A stretch of 64,000 bases of DNA, from NCBI GenBank assembly GCA_963741955.1, contig CAVUKB010000006.1:64001-128000 (forward strand), given 5' to 3'. Position 1 is the stretch's first letter. Each line of letters opens with the position of its first letter. The translations under genes and the position numbers were made by a program. Below the pieces are notes generated by a model. That model made no database searches. It was not told the DNA's origin and saw nothing but the letters and a program-made list of their open reading frames with translations. The stretch is from an uncultured Acidobacteriota bacterium (GTDB lineage: Bacteria > Acidobacteriota > Thermoanaerobaculia > Gp7-AA8). This document shows, piece by piece, positions 1-9,476 of the stretch.

Positions 1-1146
1 ATCGGCTTCAGTGACCCGGTCGGTGATGAAAGTGAAGAGCGCATACGGGCGCTTCGAAGCGCGATCGACAAGCTCGTGCCACCGGGCCATCCGATCTTCG
101 ACTTTTCCAATCAGCCTGCGCTCTACTTCTTCGCCGATCGGCCCAACCCCACCCGCTTCTACCAGGTCCCGGTCCTCTCACCTCCCGCGTTTCAGGTCGA
201 GGCGATCCGCGATCTGGAGATCTCGAAACCGCGCCTGGTGCTCCGGCGCTCTCCCGACGGATTCGATCGGTTCGACGGAGTGACCAACGATATGCGCGCG
301 GCCGCACTCGCCCACTACCTCGATGAGCGCTACCAGTACCTGCGCAATGTGCGGGGTGTCGAGCTCTGGATCCGCAAACCCGGAGGCCGCCGGATCGAAT
401 ACTCACACTTCGTGACGATCGCGAAGCGGATTCCGCCTCGAACGGTGGATCACGGCGATCAGGTCGTCTTTCCTGCCGTCGGAAGCGTTCGGGGCGCCGC
501 TTCCTCGTATTGGAGATCCGATCTCCTGGTGGACAACCGCTCCGACCGGCCGGCGGCACTCCGCATGCGATATCTCTCCGCGGACGGGAACCGCGAAAGA
601 AGAGTCATCGCCCCACCCGCGCGACTGCTGAGCATTCCCGACGTGGTCCGGAACCTCTTTGCCGCACCCGACAGCCGCGGAGCCCTCTGGGTGGAGTGCG
701 ACGGCGACTGCCCACTGATGCGCATCCGCACGTGGGATACCACACATGCCGGCGCGGAGCCCGCGTACGAGCCCCCGCTCCAGGTCAGTCAGTCCGCCGA
801 GGGAGGGAGCGATCACGACGAGCTGGTCATCATCGGCGCGGTCGGAACGCGCACCCGCAGGGTGAATGTCGGAGTCATCAACACCGGAATCCGGCCGTTG
901 AAATACAGTGTCGCGCTGGTGGATCGCGACGGGAACGTGGTCGGAACGACGCTCCACTCCTCGGTCGACGAAGGCGGGACCGAGCTGTTCGTCGACGCTG
1001 CGAGCAGATTCGGAGTACCGGTGGACGGGTCCAAAGTCATCCGGATCCGGCTGGAATCGGGCCGCGCCCTCGCATATGCTGGAATCGTCGATGGACTGAC
1101 GGGCGACCAGAACTTCATCCCCGCAGTTCGCACAGGTGGCTCATGA
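1..1146 (+). CDS. 5'-truncated protein: periplasmic tail resembling GT-C/PMT-like membrane glycosyltransferases plus C-terminal recurrent ~230-aa beta-rich domain
   Basis: Frame open from base 1. Segment FDFSNQPALYFFADRPNPTRF resembles C-terminal regions of GT-C-like proteins. From ~457 the PAVGSVRGAASSYWRSDL...IVDGLTGD domain is shared with the CDSs at 47617 and 62958. Confidence 0.6.
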   Translation: MGFSDPVGDESEERIRALRSAIDKLVPPGHPIFDFSNQPALYFFADRPNPTRFYQVPVLSPPAFQVEAIRDLEISKPRLVLRRSPDGFDRFDGVTNDMRAAALAHYLDERYQYLRNVRGVELWIRKPGGRRIEYSHFVTIAKRIPPRTVDHGDQVVFPAVGSVRGAASSYWRSDLLVDNRSDRPAALRMRYLSADGNRERRVIAPPARLLSIPDVVRNLFAAPDSRGALWVECDGDCPLMRIRTWDTTHAGAEPAYEPPLQVSQSAEGGSDHDELVIIGAVGTRTRRVNVGVINTGIRPLKYSVALVDRDGNVVGTTLHSSVDEGGTELFVDAASRFGVPVDGSKVIRIRLESGRALAYAGIVDGLTGDQNFIPAVRTGGS

Positions 1147-1823
1147 GACGGGTCGACGTTCCAGCAAAGTGGTCACGAAAGCTCTGCGTCGTCACGGACT
1201 TCCGTCCCGACGACTCGAGTCGTTACTTCTCCTCGCGGGAGATCGGAGCACTCGCGAAGTTCCGCACCGCGAAACGGAGAGAAGAGTGGGCGCTCAGCCG
1301 TATCGCGGCGAAGCTTCTCGCCATCGACCGGCATCTCTGCAGCGATCCGAAAGAGTGCAGCGTCGTCTCGACGGAAGAAGGGCCCCGCCTCATGATCCGC
1401 AATCAGGAGTCTTCCTGGAATCTTTCCATCTCCCATTCGCACGGGCTCGGCGCTGCAGCGCTCGACGCGATGGGGATCGGGGTCGATCTGGAGAAAGTGC
1501 GGGATCTCGACGAGAAAGCGTTCAAGTTCTTCCTCGTTCCATCCGAGATCCGGTTGATGAAGGCTCTCCCGCTCGAGCACGCGTCGATTCATTTCTGGTG
1601 CTGCAAGGAAGCGGCATGGAAGACCCAGAGCCAGGAGCTGACGCTTCGCAAGATCTCGGTCGAGCTGATGGACGAACACCGGGACCGCCTGGTGCTGAAG
1701 TACCGGGCGGCCCCGTCGGGCGTCGTGGAGTCGTTCTCGCTCGATGCGAATTACGTCGGCGCAATCGCCGAGCCGACGTGGGACAGTGAGGAGTTCCGGA
1801 TTCCACCTCTGGAGACGGAGTAG
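1143..1823 (+). CDS. 4'-phosphopantetheinyl transferase (Sfp-type superfamily)
   Basis: Motifs LSISHS, IGVDLE and WCCKEAAWK. ATG at 1143 overlaps the upstream stop (ATGA). Confidence 0.88.
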   Translation: MRRVDVPAKWSRKLCVVTDFRPDDSSRYFSSREIGALAKFRTAKRREEWALSRIAAKLLAIDRHLCSDPKECSVVSTEEGPRLMIRNQESSWNLSISHSHGLGAAALDAMGIGVDLEKVRDLDEKAFKFFLVPSEIRLMKALPLEHASIHFWCCKEAAWKTQSQELTLRKISVELMDEHRDRLVLKYRAAPSGVVESFSLDANYVGAIAEPTWDSEEFRIPPLETE

Positions 1824-1826
1824 CCC

Positions 1827-2684
1827 CTATTTCACTCCCCAGTCGTTCATGAGCTTCCTCGCGTCCTGCTGCGCGGATGCGTCTTCGACCGCGTACTCGG
1901 GATCGTTCGGCGACGCGATCACGTGCCGGAGAATCTCCACCGCCTTCGGCTTCGTCGAGCGGTCATTCGCAACCATCGCTTCGGCCAGAAAGACGTTGGT
2001 GAGCTTGTTGGTGGGATCCTGTTTCACCGACTCCTGGAGGAGCTTGACCGCCTCGGCGTCGGACGCCCATCCGGTCAGGAACGGGACGTGAGGTGTCTGG
2101 TTGTGCAGCCGTCCGAGAATCCGCGCTCCCCCGCCGCGTTCCATGGCCGGATCGGCCAGCATGACGATGGTCGACTCTCGACGGATCCGGTCGGCCGCTC
2201 CCTGCCGCACCGCGGCGAATTTACCGTACACCAGCGCCCACTCACCCCAGAGCGCGGCATCCCAGTAGTAGACCTCTCCCGCTCCGGGGATCGTCTTCAC
2301 CACCGGTGCGATCTGCTTCGGCGACGCGTTTGCGGGGTTCTTCACTCCCTTCGCCGCGAGAAGCTTCTCCACCACTCCCACCGATTCCTCGCCCAGCTTC
2401 TTTCCTTCGGCGAAGAGCTCCTTCTTCTGATCCTGATTGGTCAGGACGTAGGAGCCTTTGAAACGAATGGCACGCATCAGTTTCCACCGCGCCTCGAGAT
2501 CGGTCGGGTTCTGAGCCACGGCGGTTCGATACGCGGCGATCGCCGCATCGATCGGCGCAGCCTGAGCGAGGCCCGCCTGATGTCCTTCGGCACGCCCGAG
2601 CCAGTGCTGATCCCCTTCGGCGATCTGCGCGAACGCGGACGCCGCGAAACAAACCAGAAATAGTGCGAGAGAGAATCTCTTCAT
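1827..2684 (-). CDS. Secreted alpha-helical TPR-like hypothetical protein
   Basis: GGAGG RBS, signal peptide MKRFSLALFLVCFAASAFA, helical-repeat pattern; loosely TatT/TPR-like. Confidence 0.7.
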   Translation of the reverse strand: MKRFSLALFLVCFAASAFAQIAEGDQHWLGRAEGHQAGLAQAAPIDAAIAAYRTAVAQNPTDLEARWKLMRAIRFKGSYVLTNQDQKKELFAEGKKLGEESVGVVEKLLAAKGVKNPANASPKQIAPVVKTIPGAGEVYYWDAALWGEWALVYGKFAAVRQGAADRIRRESTIVMLADPAMERGGGARILGRLHNQTPHVPFLTGWASDAEAVKLLQESVKQDPTNKLTNVFLAEAMVANDRSTKPKAVEILRHVIASPNDPEYAVEDASAQQDARKLMNDWGVK

Positions 2685-2831
2685 GTTTCCTCCAGGAAAA
2701 ACGTCGACGCCATCCTTCAGTTCTATCTGTGTCTCACCGGTTGAAGAGCTCCCGATGTCCGGGAACCGCCAAACCGAAACCGGCCCGTGAGAACCCGAAT
2801 ACAATAGCAGTTCCGCACGAAGGGAGCCCAC

Positions 2832-3299
2832 GTGACGAGACTGCAGATCGAGACTCAGATCAAAGCTCCCATCGAGCTCTGTTTCGACCTGGCGCGGGAC
2901 GTCGAAGCCCACACCGAGTCCGCTGCTTTCTCTTCGGAACGTCTGGTGGAGCCCGGAAGATTGCAGGGGCTCCTCGAGGAGGGCGATCTGATCGCCTTCG
3001 AAGGAGTGCATTTCGGGTTCCGGCAGCGGTTCGTCGCGAGAATCGTGGAGATGCGCCGTCCGGTCGTCTTCGTGGACGAAATGGTGCACGGGGCGTTCAG
3101 GACCATGCGTCACATCCACGCGTTCGAGCGGAGCGGCGAAGGGACGCTGATGCGCGACACGCTCGAATGGGAAGCTCCGCTCGGATTTCTCGGCAGGCTC
3201 GCCGACCACCTCTTCCTCCGCCGCCACCTGGAGTCGTTCGTGCGACGCAAGCAGGACGCGCTCCGCCGCCTGGCCGAGAAGGAGGTACAGAACTTCTGA
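2832..3299 (+). CDS. SRPBCC (START-like) family protein
   Basis: APIELCFDLARDVEAH, FVDEMVHGAF...HIHAF...MRD pattern; GGAG RBS before GTG. Confidence 0.85.
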   Translation: MTRLQIETQIKAPIELCFDLARDVEAHTESAAFSSERLVEPGRLQGLLEEGDLIAFEGVHFGFRQRFVARIVEMRRPVVFVDEMVHGAFRTMRHIHAFERSGEGTLMRDTLEWEAPLGFLGRLADHLFLRRHLESFVRRKQDALRRLAEKEVQNF

Positions 3300-3440
3300 C
3301 TTCTGGTTACCCCGGACTATTCATGGGACTTCTGCTGCGGAGCGCGATCCGGGCTGGAATCTCGGATGTGCCGAACCACGACGGGAAGGAATCCGGAGCT
3401 GGAATCTACCCAGCCGGATTCATGTATTCTGATCTTGATC

Positions 3441-6254
3441 GTGACGCGCGTCTGTCGAGCCGCCCTCGTCCTCGTTTCGCTCCTTTCCTGCGCCGCTCCC
3501 GCAGTGGCTCTCGATCCGTCCCGGAGGATCGACCTCTACGCGCTCGACGTCTGGCGTGAAGGACTGCCCCAATACACGGTACAGGCCATCGATCAGGGGC
3601 CGCAGGGGTACCTCTGGCTCGGGACGTTCGAGGGGCTGGTCCGCTTCGACGGCATCCGCTTCGACGTGTTCGACGAGACGACCGTCCCGTCGATCGAGAA
3701 CTGGCAGGTGCGTGCGATCTGTCACGATCGGAACGGCATCCTCTGGGTCGGGACCGGACGCGGCCTCGTCTCCCGCCACAACGGAATCTTCTCGTTGTTT
3801 CCAGGCCCACTTCAGACCGATACGATCACGTCACTTCTTCCCGCGAAGGATGGTTCGTTGTGGGTGGGAACGGACCGGGGGATCTTCCGGATACGCGACG
3901 GTGTCGCGGAGACGCTCGACGGACTTCCGGATCGTGTCGTCGCCGCCATCGCAGAAGAGCGGGACGGGACGATCGTCGCCGGGACCGAAGGAGGAATTGC
4001 GCGCTTCGACGGGAAGAGGTTCAGGGAGGTCGCGCTGGACGCGCTGCCGGACCGCACCCGCATCACGGCACTGATGGTCGCACGCGACGGGGCGCTCTGG
4101 GTCGGGACGTTCGCCGACGGACTTCTCCGGATCAAGGGTGACCGCGAGGAGCGCTTCGCCGGCCAGTCGTGGGTCACCACCATCCTCGAGGATCGCGACC
4201 ACAGCATCTGGTTCGGAACCCAGCCTGGCGGCCTCTCCCGCATCTCCAACGGGCGAACGCAGTTCCTCGGGCGTGAGCGCGGCCTTCCGAACGATTCCGT
4301 GCGACGAATTTTCGAGGATCGCGAAGGAAGTCTCTGGGTCGGAACGAATGCCGGTCTGGCGCGGCTCAAGGACCTCAAGTTCGTGAACTGGTCGAGGCGC
4401 AACGGGCTCTCCGAAGACAACATCCGAGTGGTCACCGAGACCGACGATGGCTCGATGTGGATCGGGACGACCGGCGGCGGTGTCGACCGGATCCTCGACG
4501 ACAAAGTATCCACGTTCCTCGAACCGGGCCCCTTCGTCCGGACCCTCGCGGCGACCGGCGACGGGATCTGGGTCGGCTCGGCCGACGGACTCGCTCGCAT
4601 CGGCTTCGACGGACGCGTGAAGAAGATCGAGGCCTTCGCCGGAAAGAAGATCAATGCGCTCGCCGTCCGGCGTGATGGCTCTCTCCTGGTCGCGGACGAT
4701 TCTCGGGGACTCGTTTCATTGCGCGACGGAAGGGAGAAGGTGCTCGCACCCGGCGCGCCGGTGCGTGTTCTCCTGGAGGATCGGGGTGGTCACGTCTGGG
4801 CCGGCACGCCGAACCAGGGCCTGTTCGAGCTGGTTGACGGAGCGCTGATCCGGCGGTGGAACGCATCCTCCGCGATCTACGCGATTCAGGAGGAGCCCGA
4901 CGGCAGCCTCTGGATGGGAACGCGCAAAGGGCTTGCGCGGTATCGCGACGGGGAGGTGGACGAGATCCGCAGCCTCGGTCCCATCTTCCAGTTGATCGAC
5001 GATGGGATCGGAGGTCTCTGGCTCACCTCCTCGCACGGACTGCGCCGCGTCGATCGCGCCGCCGTGGAAGCCGCGCTCGACGGGCGCAACCGTCAACTTC
5101 AGACTCGCACATTCAGCCGCGCCGACGGAATGGGGAGCGAGCAGTGCAACGGCAACTCGCAACCTGCGGGCATCCGCCTCCGTGACGGGAATCTGGCCAT
5201 CCCGACTGCGGGAGGATTGACCATCGTCGATCCGCGTCACCTCCACTTCAATTCCGTTCCTCCGCCGGTGGTACTCACGAAAGTCGTCGCAGATGGCCGG
5301 AACGTCACCGGGCGGAACGGCCTCACGCTGCCGTGGAACAGCAGCCGCGTCGAATTCCACTTCGACGGACTCAGTCTTCTCCAGCCGGCGATGGTGAATT
5401 TTCGATACCGTCTCGACGGGTTCGACCGGGAGTGGATCGAGTCCGACGGCCGGCGCGTGGCGATGTACAACTCACTTCCACCCGGACCCCACGTCTTTCG
5501 CGTGATCGCCCTGAACAACGACGGGGTACCGAGTACGGAGGAAGCCACTTTCGGTTTCGACCTTCCGAAGCCGCCGTGGCTTCGATGGTGGGCGCTCGTC
5601 GCATATGCGCTACTCGCCACGCTTCTGGTTCTGGCCGTAATACGGCTCCGGGAGCGCGCGCTCCACAATCGCAATCGGATTCTCGAAGAGAAGGTTCAGG
5701 AGCGCACCGCGGCGCTCGATCTCGCGAACCAGCAGCTGGCGCAACTCTCGATCACCGATTCGCTGACGCAGGTGGCGAATCGTCGACGATTCGACCAGAT
5801 GCTGGATCTGGAGTGGAGCCGCGCGAGACGCGCCGCCGCACCACTGTCGCTTCTCGTGATCGATATCGACGAGTTCAAGGCGTACAACGACACGTACGGG
5901 CACCTCGCGGGTGACGACTGCCTGAAAGAAGTGGCTGCGGCGATGAGGGGCGTATTGAGCCGCTCGAGCGATCTCGTCGCCCGCTGGGGCGGAGACGAAT
6001 TCGTGGTCCTCCTTCCGGGCTCGACTGAAGTGGAAGCCACGTTGAATGCGGAACGGATCCGGACCGCCGTCCAGCAGCTCGCGCTCACCCATCCGCACAC
6101 CTCGATCGGAGGCATCGTCAGAGTGTCCGTCGGCGTCGCGACGATGGTACCGGTCGAAGGAACGTCTCCCGAGGATCTGATCCGCGCCGCGGATGCAGCG
6201 CTCTACCGCACCAAGCGCACCGAGAGCGTTTTTTCGCAGCTCTCCGAATCGTGA
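3441..6254 (+). CDS. Diguanylate cyclase with periplasmic beta-propeller (Reg_prop) and Y_Y_Y sensor domains
   Basis: Signal peptide, many D-x-x-G-x-LWVGT repeats, Y_Y_Y motif FRYRLDGFDREW, one TM helix, intact RWGGDEF with RSSD I-site. Start could be 3366. Confidence 0.93.
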   Translation: MTRVCRAALVLVSLLSCAAPAVALDPSRRIDLYALDVWREGLPQYTVQAIDQGPQGYLWLGTFEGLVRFDGIRFDVFDETTVPSIENWQVRAICHDRNGILWVGTGRGLVSRHNGIFSLFPGPLQTDTITSLLPAKDGSLWVGTDRGIFRIRDGVAETLDGLPDRVVAAIAEERDGTIVAGTEGGIARFDGKRFREVALDALPDRTRITALMVARDGALWVGTFADGLLRIKGDREERFAGQSWVTTILEDRDHSIWFGTQPGGLSRISNGRTQFLGRERGLPNDSVRRIFEDREGSLWVGTNAGLARLKDLKFVNWSRRNGLSEDNIRVVTETDDGSMWIGTTGGGVDRILDDKVSTFLEPGPFVRTLAATGDGIWVGSADGLARIGFDGRVKKIEAFAGKKINALAVRRDGSLLVADDSRGLVSLRDGREKVLAPGAPVRVLLEDRGGHVWAGTPNQGLFELVDGALIRRWNASSAIYAIQEEPDGSLWMGTRKGLARYRDGEVDEIRSLGPIFQLIDDGIGGLWLTSSHGLRRVDRAAVEAALDGRNRQLQTRTFSRADGMGSEQCNGNSQPAGIRLRDGNLAIPTAGGLTIVDPRHLHFNSVPPPVVLTKVVADGRNVTGRNGLTLPWNSSRVEFHFDGLSLLQPAMVNFRYRLDGFDREWIESDGRRVAMYNSLPPGPHVFRVIALNNDGVPSTEEATFGFDLPKPPWLRWWALVAYALLATLLVLAVIRLRERALHNRNRILEEKVQERTAALDLANQQLAQLSITDSLTQVANRRRFDQMLDLEWSRARRAAAPLSLLVIDIDEFKAYNDTYGHLAGDDCLKEVAAAMRGVLSRSSDLVARWGGDEFVVLLPGSTEVEATLNAERIRTAVQQLALTHPHTSIGGIVRVSVGVATMVPVEGTSPEDLIRAADAALYRTKRTESVFSQLSES

Positions 6255-6382
6255 GCCGGCCGGCTTCGCTCAATGCTCGGTCGGACCGACGCTGATCGCA
6301 CCTGCTCCGATCAGAGGAAGCCGCAGATCTGCAGCGCCGCTGCGTGCTTTGCGATGCTGCCGTTCTCCTTCGCCGATACGCC

Positions 6383-7537
6383 TCACGCCTGAGGCGCCGG
6401 TTGACGCCCCTCGGACCGTCCCGCCGTCCGCTCGACCTCCGGGGATCCCGTTCCGCGGAGAAGCATCCCCATCCAGATCGCAACGGCGACACCACCGAGG
6501 AGCAGGAGGACGAAGAGTGAGATCACGCCCCATTGCGGCTCGACGAAACCGGTGATCTGGAATCCTGCTGCCTCGAGCATCCCTTCCCTCACCTGATCCC
6601 TCGCGAGGAGCATCAGCACCAGAGTCACGACGACGAGAGGAATCGAAGTCTTCAGCATCCACGCCGGTCGATCCGAGCGACGCACTCCGAGGACGAATGC
6701 GAGAGACGCAAGCCCGGTCATCACCCCGAGTGCAAGTACCACCGTTCCCGCGACGCTTCCTCCCATGAATCGCTTCATCAGCGGCAGCGGAAGCCGGGAC
6801 ATCCACCAGAAGCCGGCAACCATCGCGAGAACCGTCGCCACCGAAAACCAGGCAGCGCCCTTGCGCATCAGTCCTATGCCCGTCGCCTCCTCCTTTCCTC
6901 GGATGGCAAGTCCATAGATCGCAATCACGAGTCCGGCGACGGCAACCGCCCCGAACAGCATGTGGAGAAACCGCGGCAGGAAAGTCGGGTCACTCGTGTT
7001 CAATGTGAGGCCTCGTGCGTCCGCGAGATGCCCGGCATGCACCACGTCCGGCCGCAGCATCAGGCTCATGTTGTTGCTGTAGACGAACGCGATTGCGAGG
7101 AAGAGGAGCGAGACCACGACTGCGATCGCCGCGGGCGTCTTCGTCGTCGTCTTCTTTCGGAACGCGATGAGATACGTGCCGTAGTACGCACAGATGAGAA
7201 TCGGGACCACCGCGAACCAGAACCATGCGATCTGCACGGACGAGGGAAAGAAGATCCGACCGTACAGCGTCTGCAGGAAGAGGAGGGGAGCGACGCCGAA
7301 CGTCACCGCTGCGGCAACCATGGTCGGCATCAGTTTCCCCATCCACGCGGTCAGCTCGCGAGACCCTTCAGCGCCGCGCAGCCTTTCGACCGCCGCGATC
7401 AGTGATCCCCCCAGGACGAAATTCATCGCCACGACGTGGAAAAAGAACGTGAGGATCAGAAGTGTGTGCAGCAGCCACGGCGGCGCCGGCAACGCCAGCG
7501 GATCGGCCGCGGGAATCACTGCGAGAAACGTGTCCAT
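6383..7537 (-). CDS. Polytopic membrane protein, CydA'-like partner of the upstream cytochrome bd-type subunit
   Basis: About 9 TM helices, His-containing motifs HVVAMNFVLGG and PRFLHML; immediately downstream of the CydA-like gene. Confidence 0.7.
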   Translation of the reverse strand: MDTFLAVIPAADPLALPAPPWLLHTLLILTFFFHVVAMNFVLGGSLIAAVERLRGAEGSRELTAWMGKLMPTMVAAAVTFGVAPLLFLQTLYGRIFFPSSVQIAWFWFAVVPILICAYYGTYLIAFRKKTTTKTPAAIAVVVSLLFLAIAFVYSNNMSLMLRPDVVHAGHLADARGLTLNTSDPTFLPRFLHMLFGAVAVAGLVIAIYGLAIRGKEEATGIGLMRKGAAWFSVATVLAMVAGFWWMSRLPLPLMKRFMGGSVAGTVVLALGVMTGLASLAFVLGVRRSDRPAWMLKTSIPLVVVTLVLMLLARDQVREGMLEAAGFQITGFVEPQWGVISLFVLLLLGGVAVAIWMGMLLRGTGSPEVERTAGRSEGRQPAPQA

Positions 7538-7538
7538 G

Positions 7539-9245
7539 TCACTTCCCTCCTTTCACCCGCGTCGCGTAGAGGTACGTCGCGAGCGCGTGCCGATCCGCGT
7601 CAGTCCCTTCGAACTCCGGCATCGCGTCGTTGAGTTGCGGAAGACGGCCCAGAAGGTCGTAGATCTGCGCCTCATTCTTTCCGGCGAGACGCGGCTCGAG
7701 CGGCCAGTCGGTCCCTTCGCCGTGGCACATTCCGCACGATGCGTCGAAAACAGTCGCGCCGGCGGCGCTGGGAGGCGCCTCGATCTCTCCCCCGCCGAGC
7801 GTGGCGAGATAGATCGCAAGGGCGTGGCGCTCGTCTTCATTGCCGGGGAAGGGCGGCATCCGCCTGTTCCGCCATGTGGCGAGCTCCACTCCGGGTTGAC
7901 TCCAGAGAGCTGGTTGGCCGTTCGCGTGGCGCGGGACCGCGAGGCGGTCGATCACACCCTCGAGTGCCACTACGCTCTTTCCCCGGACCAGGGGACGGAT
8001 GGCGAGGTAGCCGTCCACGGTGTGGCACTCCGAGCAGGTGAGCCGGAACAACTCCGCACCAGTCTCGGTGTGATGCTCGAGATCGGTCTGACCGCCGTTC
8101 GAGGCGCGCGTGTAGAGCGCCGAAGCCACAATGCCGCTCTGCTGGAGATGATCGACGCGCAGCGGATCGTTCACTCCCTGCGCCGCGGCGGGCGATCCAT
8201 CCGGCGCAGGCATCCTCGTTCCGTTCACGAACATGTAGTTCGAGATGACGAACGGCTTCCTCAGGTCCTCACGCACCCACTCGGAGCTCCCGACTGCCGC
8301 GAGTGCGGCAATCATCAGAAGTGAGGCGAGAACTCGAGCTCCCCCTCGGGCGCGGGTGAGCATCACGATGAGCGAGAGGACGATGGTGAGAGTGATGCTC
8401 GCGAGCGAGACGCGCAGCGCGAGATGGGCTGTCGGATAACCCGTCGCCGGTGCGAGGAACGCGCTTCGGAGAAGATCGATCGAACGCGACGACGCAGCTC
8501 CGAAGATCTCACCGACCGGAATCGCAGCGCGTGTGGCATCCGCGAAATACCAGAGAAGAGCGAACGGCAGCCCGATCGCCATCGGTGCGACCCATCCGGT
8601 CACCGCATACCGGGAGACCTTCTTTTTCAGATCACCCGTGGTGAGCCATGACGCGGTGAAGAGAGCGTAGACCCCCGCGAGACCGATTGCTCCGAGAGAG
8701 CGGATCACCAGCGAGGAGACGTACGTCGGATTGAAGAATCCGTCGAAGAACGAGTGCGTCTCGAGCCATGCCCCCGGAGTCAGCATGAAGCTGAGGATCC
8801 CGTTGATCACCACGAGACTCGCGAAGGCGGCGCCGAAGTAGATCCAGCCGACCGCGAGGTGGCGCTTGCGATCGAGCCGATCCCACCCGTAGTAGTAGAC
8901 GATCGCCGCGGTGATCTCCACGAAGAAGAACACCCACTCGATCGCCCATCCCCAGACGAAGATGTTGATCAGCGACGACGTCGCCGCAGGATGGACCAGG
9001 CCGATCGTGAACCAGATCCCCACACCGGTGACCGCTCCGAAGACGAGAGTGAGGAGGATGAAAAAGCGGCTCAGCCGGCGGATGTACCCGAGAAGCTCCG
9101 GATCCTCTTCCCGGTACGCCTTTCTCTCGGTCCAGACGAGAAAGAGCCCGCCTCCGACCGCGAAGTGAGAGACGAAGACGTGTACGATCGCGACTGCGGC
9201 GATCAGAAGACCGGACGCAGGCAGCGACCAGATCGGATAGTTCAT
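7539..9245 (-). CDS. cydA: Cytochrome bd-type oxidase subunit I-like protein fused to two c-type heme domains
   Basis: HVFVSHFAVGGG, FGAVTGVGIWF, WAIEWVFF and EWVRE..RKP motifs of the CydA superfamily; CSECH and CGMCH heme-c motifs with distal MP motifs. Confidence 0.8.
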   Translation of the reverse strand: MNYPIWSLPASGLLIAAVAIVHVFVSHFAVGGGLFLVWTERKAYREEDPELLGYIRRLSRFFILLTLVFGAVTGVGIWFTIGLVHPAATSSLINIFVWGWAIEWVFFFVEITAAIVYYYGWDRLDRKRHLAVGWIYFGAAFASLVVINGILSFMLTPGAWLETHSFFDGFFNPTYVSSLVIRSLGAIGLAGVYALFTASWLTTGDLKKKVSRYAVTGWVAPMAIGLPFALLWYFADATRAAIPVGEIFGAASSRSIDLLRSAFLAPATGYPTAHLALRVSLASITLTIVLSLIVMLTRARGGARVLASLLMIAALAAVGSSEWVREDLRKPFVISNYMFVNGTRMPAPDGSPAAAQGVNDPLRVDHLQQSGIVASALYTRASNGGQTDLEHHTETGAELFRLTCSECHTVDGYLAIRPLVRGKSVVALEGVIDRLAVPRHANGQPALWSQPGVELATWRNRRMPPFPGNEDERHALAIYLATLGGGEIEAPPSAAGATVFDASCGMCHGEGTDWPLEPRLAGKNEAQIYDLLGRLPQLNDAMPEFEGTDADRHALATYLYATRVKGGK

Positions 9246-9406
9246 GGCGACTCCCTTCCAGCGTCGTGACGAACGTACGACCGGAGGATTATGGCGAGCG
9301 GCATGGTCTGGCAGTGCCGGACGTCACAGCGAAGCGTTTGTGAGCCGGCTCACTGCGTCGCCGGAAGGGAGAGGGTGCGCTCCGGCGATCGTGATGACAA
9401 GCGTGC

Positions 9407-9435
9407 TTGACACGCCGCGTTCCACGTCCTATATT
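9407..9435 (+). promoter_or_regulatory. Sigma70-type promoter for the MBL-fold gene
   Basis: TTGACA (9407-9412), 17-bp spacer, TATATT (9430-9435). Confidence 0.65.
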
Positions 9436-9476
9436 TCACATGGAAAGTGAACTTGACACAGCGATGGAGGCTTTCG

